This document shows positions 61,264-64,000 of a DNA stretch of 64,000 nucleotides, piece by piece. The notes below the pieces were generated by a model. That model saw nothing but the letters and a program-made list of their open reading frames with translations. It did no database searches and was not told the origin of the DNA. A program made the translations under genes and the position numbers. Source of the stretch: Rhizodiscina lignyota (lineage: Eukaryota); the NCBI GenBank assembly GCA_010015805.1, contig ML978125.1, positions 2,108,001 to 2,172,000 of the forward strand. Reading direction: 5' to 3'. Each line of letters starts with the position of its first letter. Position 1 is the stretch's first letter.

Positions 61264-63771
61264 ATGGTTGCACGCGTCGAAGCAGAGGAAGTCTCGAGAA
61301 TGTACGAGTCTGATTCTGACAATGAAGTGGACACGGAAAGCATCAATATCGGTGCCCCTCCTGTGCATCCGATCCCGTCTATGCAAGGAGCCTTCGAGGA
61401 ATCCATCGTCGAATCCATAGAAGAGCAAAACGACCCCAAGATACCCGATGCGACCCTAGGCCCTAAGGCGCGACGCCAGAAGATGATCGAGCAGGACGAC
61501 TATGACGAGACATACAATGCACAGTGGCGGCGGAAACCACAGGCGAGATATCATCCCCTGTGGAAACTGATGGCACAGATATCCTTTGGCGTGCATCTGC
61601 TTCAGCAGAGACTAGCGAAATCGGATGAGGAAGTCGTCAAGATTTTGCAAAAGCATGTTGATGAAGTTGATACGCACCTTGAGAAGACCACGGAAGATTT
61701 CGACCTCGCGTATTTGGATATCAAGGAGCGAATAAATTATCTGAAACTGCCCCTCGAGCACGTCAACATCTTCGATATCATGCTTGATGACAAGCAGTTT
61801 CGCACATCCATCATCGAAGGCAACGAGAAGATAGAGAAGATATGCAATCGAACTGCCCGAGCTATGAACGATTCGCTGGTCGACGTCAGCAAAGGCATCG
61901 AAGCCGTCACGGAGCTGGCAACATATCTCAACGGAGTTCGTGAGAAGTGGGCAGACACTGAAAAGCAGACACAGGCAATATACAATGCAATGAGAGGAAA
62001 CGCAGAGGGCTGGTATCGTTGCTTTCGAGCTCTACAGGTCAAGGGCAACGACTTGGGCCTTGTTCTTGGGCAGCTCGGCAACATCTTGAATGAGATGTCT
62101 AAGCGGGCAGGCGTCGCGAGCAGGCGTGCGGTAAGCCGGCCTTGGAATCTATTTACGCGATTTCCAAAACTGACAATGTGAATATAGGCTCCTAGCCGTG
62201 GGTCAGATCGTCCCACGAGTCGTTCTGACTCTCCCGCAATTCCCACACCCAGTTCACGATACTCCTCCCTAAGAGTAAATACAGACAACAAGCCACTCCC
62301 GCGGCCGCCTCGATCCGGCTCTGAAACTCCTCTTCGCCTCGAAACACCAAGCGTCGTCTCTCCTAGGCCCTCATCACGAGCCCAATCTTCTCATTCGCAG
62401 CATTCACCCCATTCACCACACTCACCACACTCGTATTCTCCTCGAACGCACTCGCCGCTCGCACAATCACCGCAGACACATTCTCCTCTGGCTCAATCAC
62501 CGCGCGCACAATCGCCTGCTGCTCCGAAAGCCCGAGAGGCGGCGCCTTTTGAAGGCAAATTTGAGCAAGCTCGGGCTGCTCCCAAGCCGCCACTCAAGAA
62601 AGAGATCCTCAAGAAACAGCCCACACTGGACGAATCATCAGAAGATATATCAGCCCTCCCACAACGGCCTAGCATTGGCTTTTCAAGGCGAGGATCAGCG
62701 CTTAACAAGGATAGCAAGGAATCCGGTGTCAGACGATCTGGCTCTATCATTCGCCGGCTGAGAGCTGCAGGCTCAAAAGACGTCAAAGTTGGTACGCCAA
62801 TCAAAGAACAGCCCGGAAAGTATTTCCAGCAAAAGCACGAGAGGTCAATGACCTCTGACCTCGCTGACTTATTCCGCGTCGCCGGCGAATCTCCGCGCAA
62901 CTCGCGCGTGATTGTAGAGGTGGAGGAGAGCACAAGGCCGAGGAACAAGCTGCGAAAGAAGAGTGCCGACTTGGTCGGAGCTACTCTATCGCCCAAAAAG
63001 CCGAGCCAGCAGTTGAGCAAAGGAGTCGGGGCAAAATTAGCCCCCTCGCCGCTGGAACCTGCTGATTCTGCTTACTCCTCTGGCGAAGGCGAAGGCCACA
63101 AGGACACTGAGAGCTTGAACGAAGTTCACCGTGCCGACAGCAACGATCGCAACGGCATCGGCGGTCCTGTGCCGCAGCGAAAAGATTCCTTGCCCGTACA
63201 AGGCGCATCACCGACTCTAGCACGAGACATGTCACCTGTTCCACCCACATCGGTGTCGCCGACTCACCCTCCCAGAACTGCCTCGCCAAACCCACACTCT
63301 CTTCAGAACGGCTCTCCAAGACCTCATACGCCAACGACGAAATTTGGTCTTTTCCCACCCAGCAGACCCTTGACACCATCCGCGATGAGTGTACATTCAA
63401 GCGCCGGGGCATTGGAAGGGACCTCGAATCGTGAATCTCCTCTGCTAGCGAAGCAAAGGCAAAGGAATAGCAGTCTCTCGTACACCGCTTCAGTTGTGCG
63501 TGCTCCAGGGAGAAGTAGTGATGATGATAGCGCACCTGCGCCTGGAGTACCGCGGAACAAGAGGGGCAGTGGTGCCGCTATAAAGAGCGGTGTTGACGCC
63601 TATGCAGAGCCGAACGGAAGTGACAACAAGGAGAATAATGTGGGTGCACCAGTTTTGGGTGGGTTGGGCCGCAAGACGAGCCTGGCGAAGAAGAAGGGGA
63701 GTTTTGGGAGGTTGAGAGATTGGATGGGACGAAGAGGAAATTCAACTTCGTTGAGAGATGTTAGAGAGTGA
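61264..63771 (+). CDS. Hypothetical protein with helical N-terminal domain and long S/P-rich disordered C-terminus (exons 61264-62130, 62188-63771)
   Basis: YHPLWKLMAQISFGVHLLQQRLAKSDEEVVKILQKHVDEVD...ERINYLKLPLEHVNIFDIMLDDKQFR; GTAAGC...CTGAC...TAG intron joins the 61264 and 62848 ORFs in frame. Confidence 0.82.
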
Positions 63772-64000
63772 GCCACGAACATCACTCGCGAATGCGTATC
63801 AGTTTTGCATGGCACGATTCCCCTTTCCCGGCGTTCTGGAGAACAAAATTGAGGAGCATTTAGCGAGCAGGCCTTGGATTGATGATGCTAGGAAAGCACT
63901 TTCGGCGTATCCAGCCTTCACGAACCTGTCATGAACCACACGAGACGTCCTTTCTGTATGTTTTGTCTCAAGGATTTTCCTTTCCTCTGCACTTCTGCTC

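Overview
This is gene-dense nuclear DNA of a filamentous ascomycete (Pezizomycotina). It has short GT-AG introns with CTRAC branch sites; Eurotiomycetes/Chaetothyriales is plausible but is inference only. About 22 protein-coding genes are present, many for chromatin and transcription: divergent H2A/H2B, ATG4, SQS1-like G-patch/R3H, SWI1/SOL1 ARID, RPT3, histone H1, MSS4, TAF1, a secreted SGNH hydrolase, a BRD8/Bdc1-like bromodomain protein, PrpF-family isomerase, MGE1, RPB3, an FCR1-like Zn2Cys6 factor, aldose 1-epimerase, a DSD1-like PLP enzyme, a YVC1-like TRP channel and four hypothetical genes. The strongest unexplained signal is a family of five non-autonomous TIR elements (MITEs, 224-284 bp). 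They share the TIR core GGGTGACAAAATAGTTGAG, have asymmetric CA...TG termini (CT...AG in one copy) and mostly GC-rich 5-bp (once 6-bp) target-site duplications. That TSD length does not fit the usual fungal Tc1/mariner, PIF, MULE, CACTA or canonical hAT superfamilies. Other observations: a decayed partial duplicate of the channel gene just downstream of it, uORFs whose stop codons overlap the main start codon in three genes, and MCB-like ACGCGT/CGCG motifs concentrated in histone-gene introns. No tRNA, rRNA or CRISPR array was recognised. All alignments and exon boundaries were read by eye.
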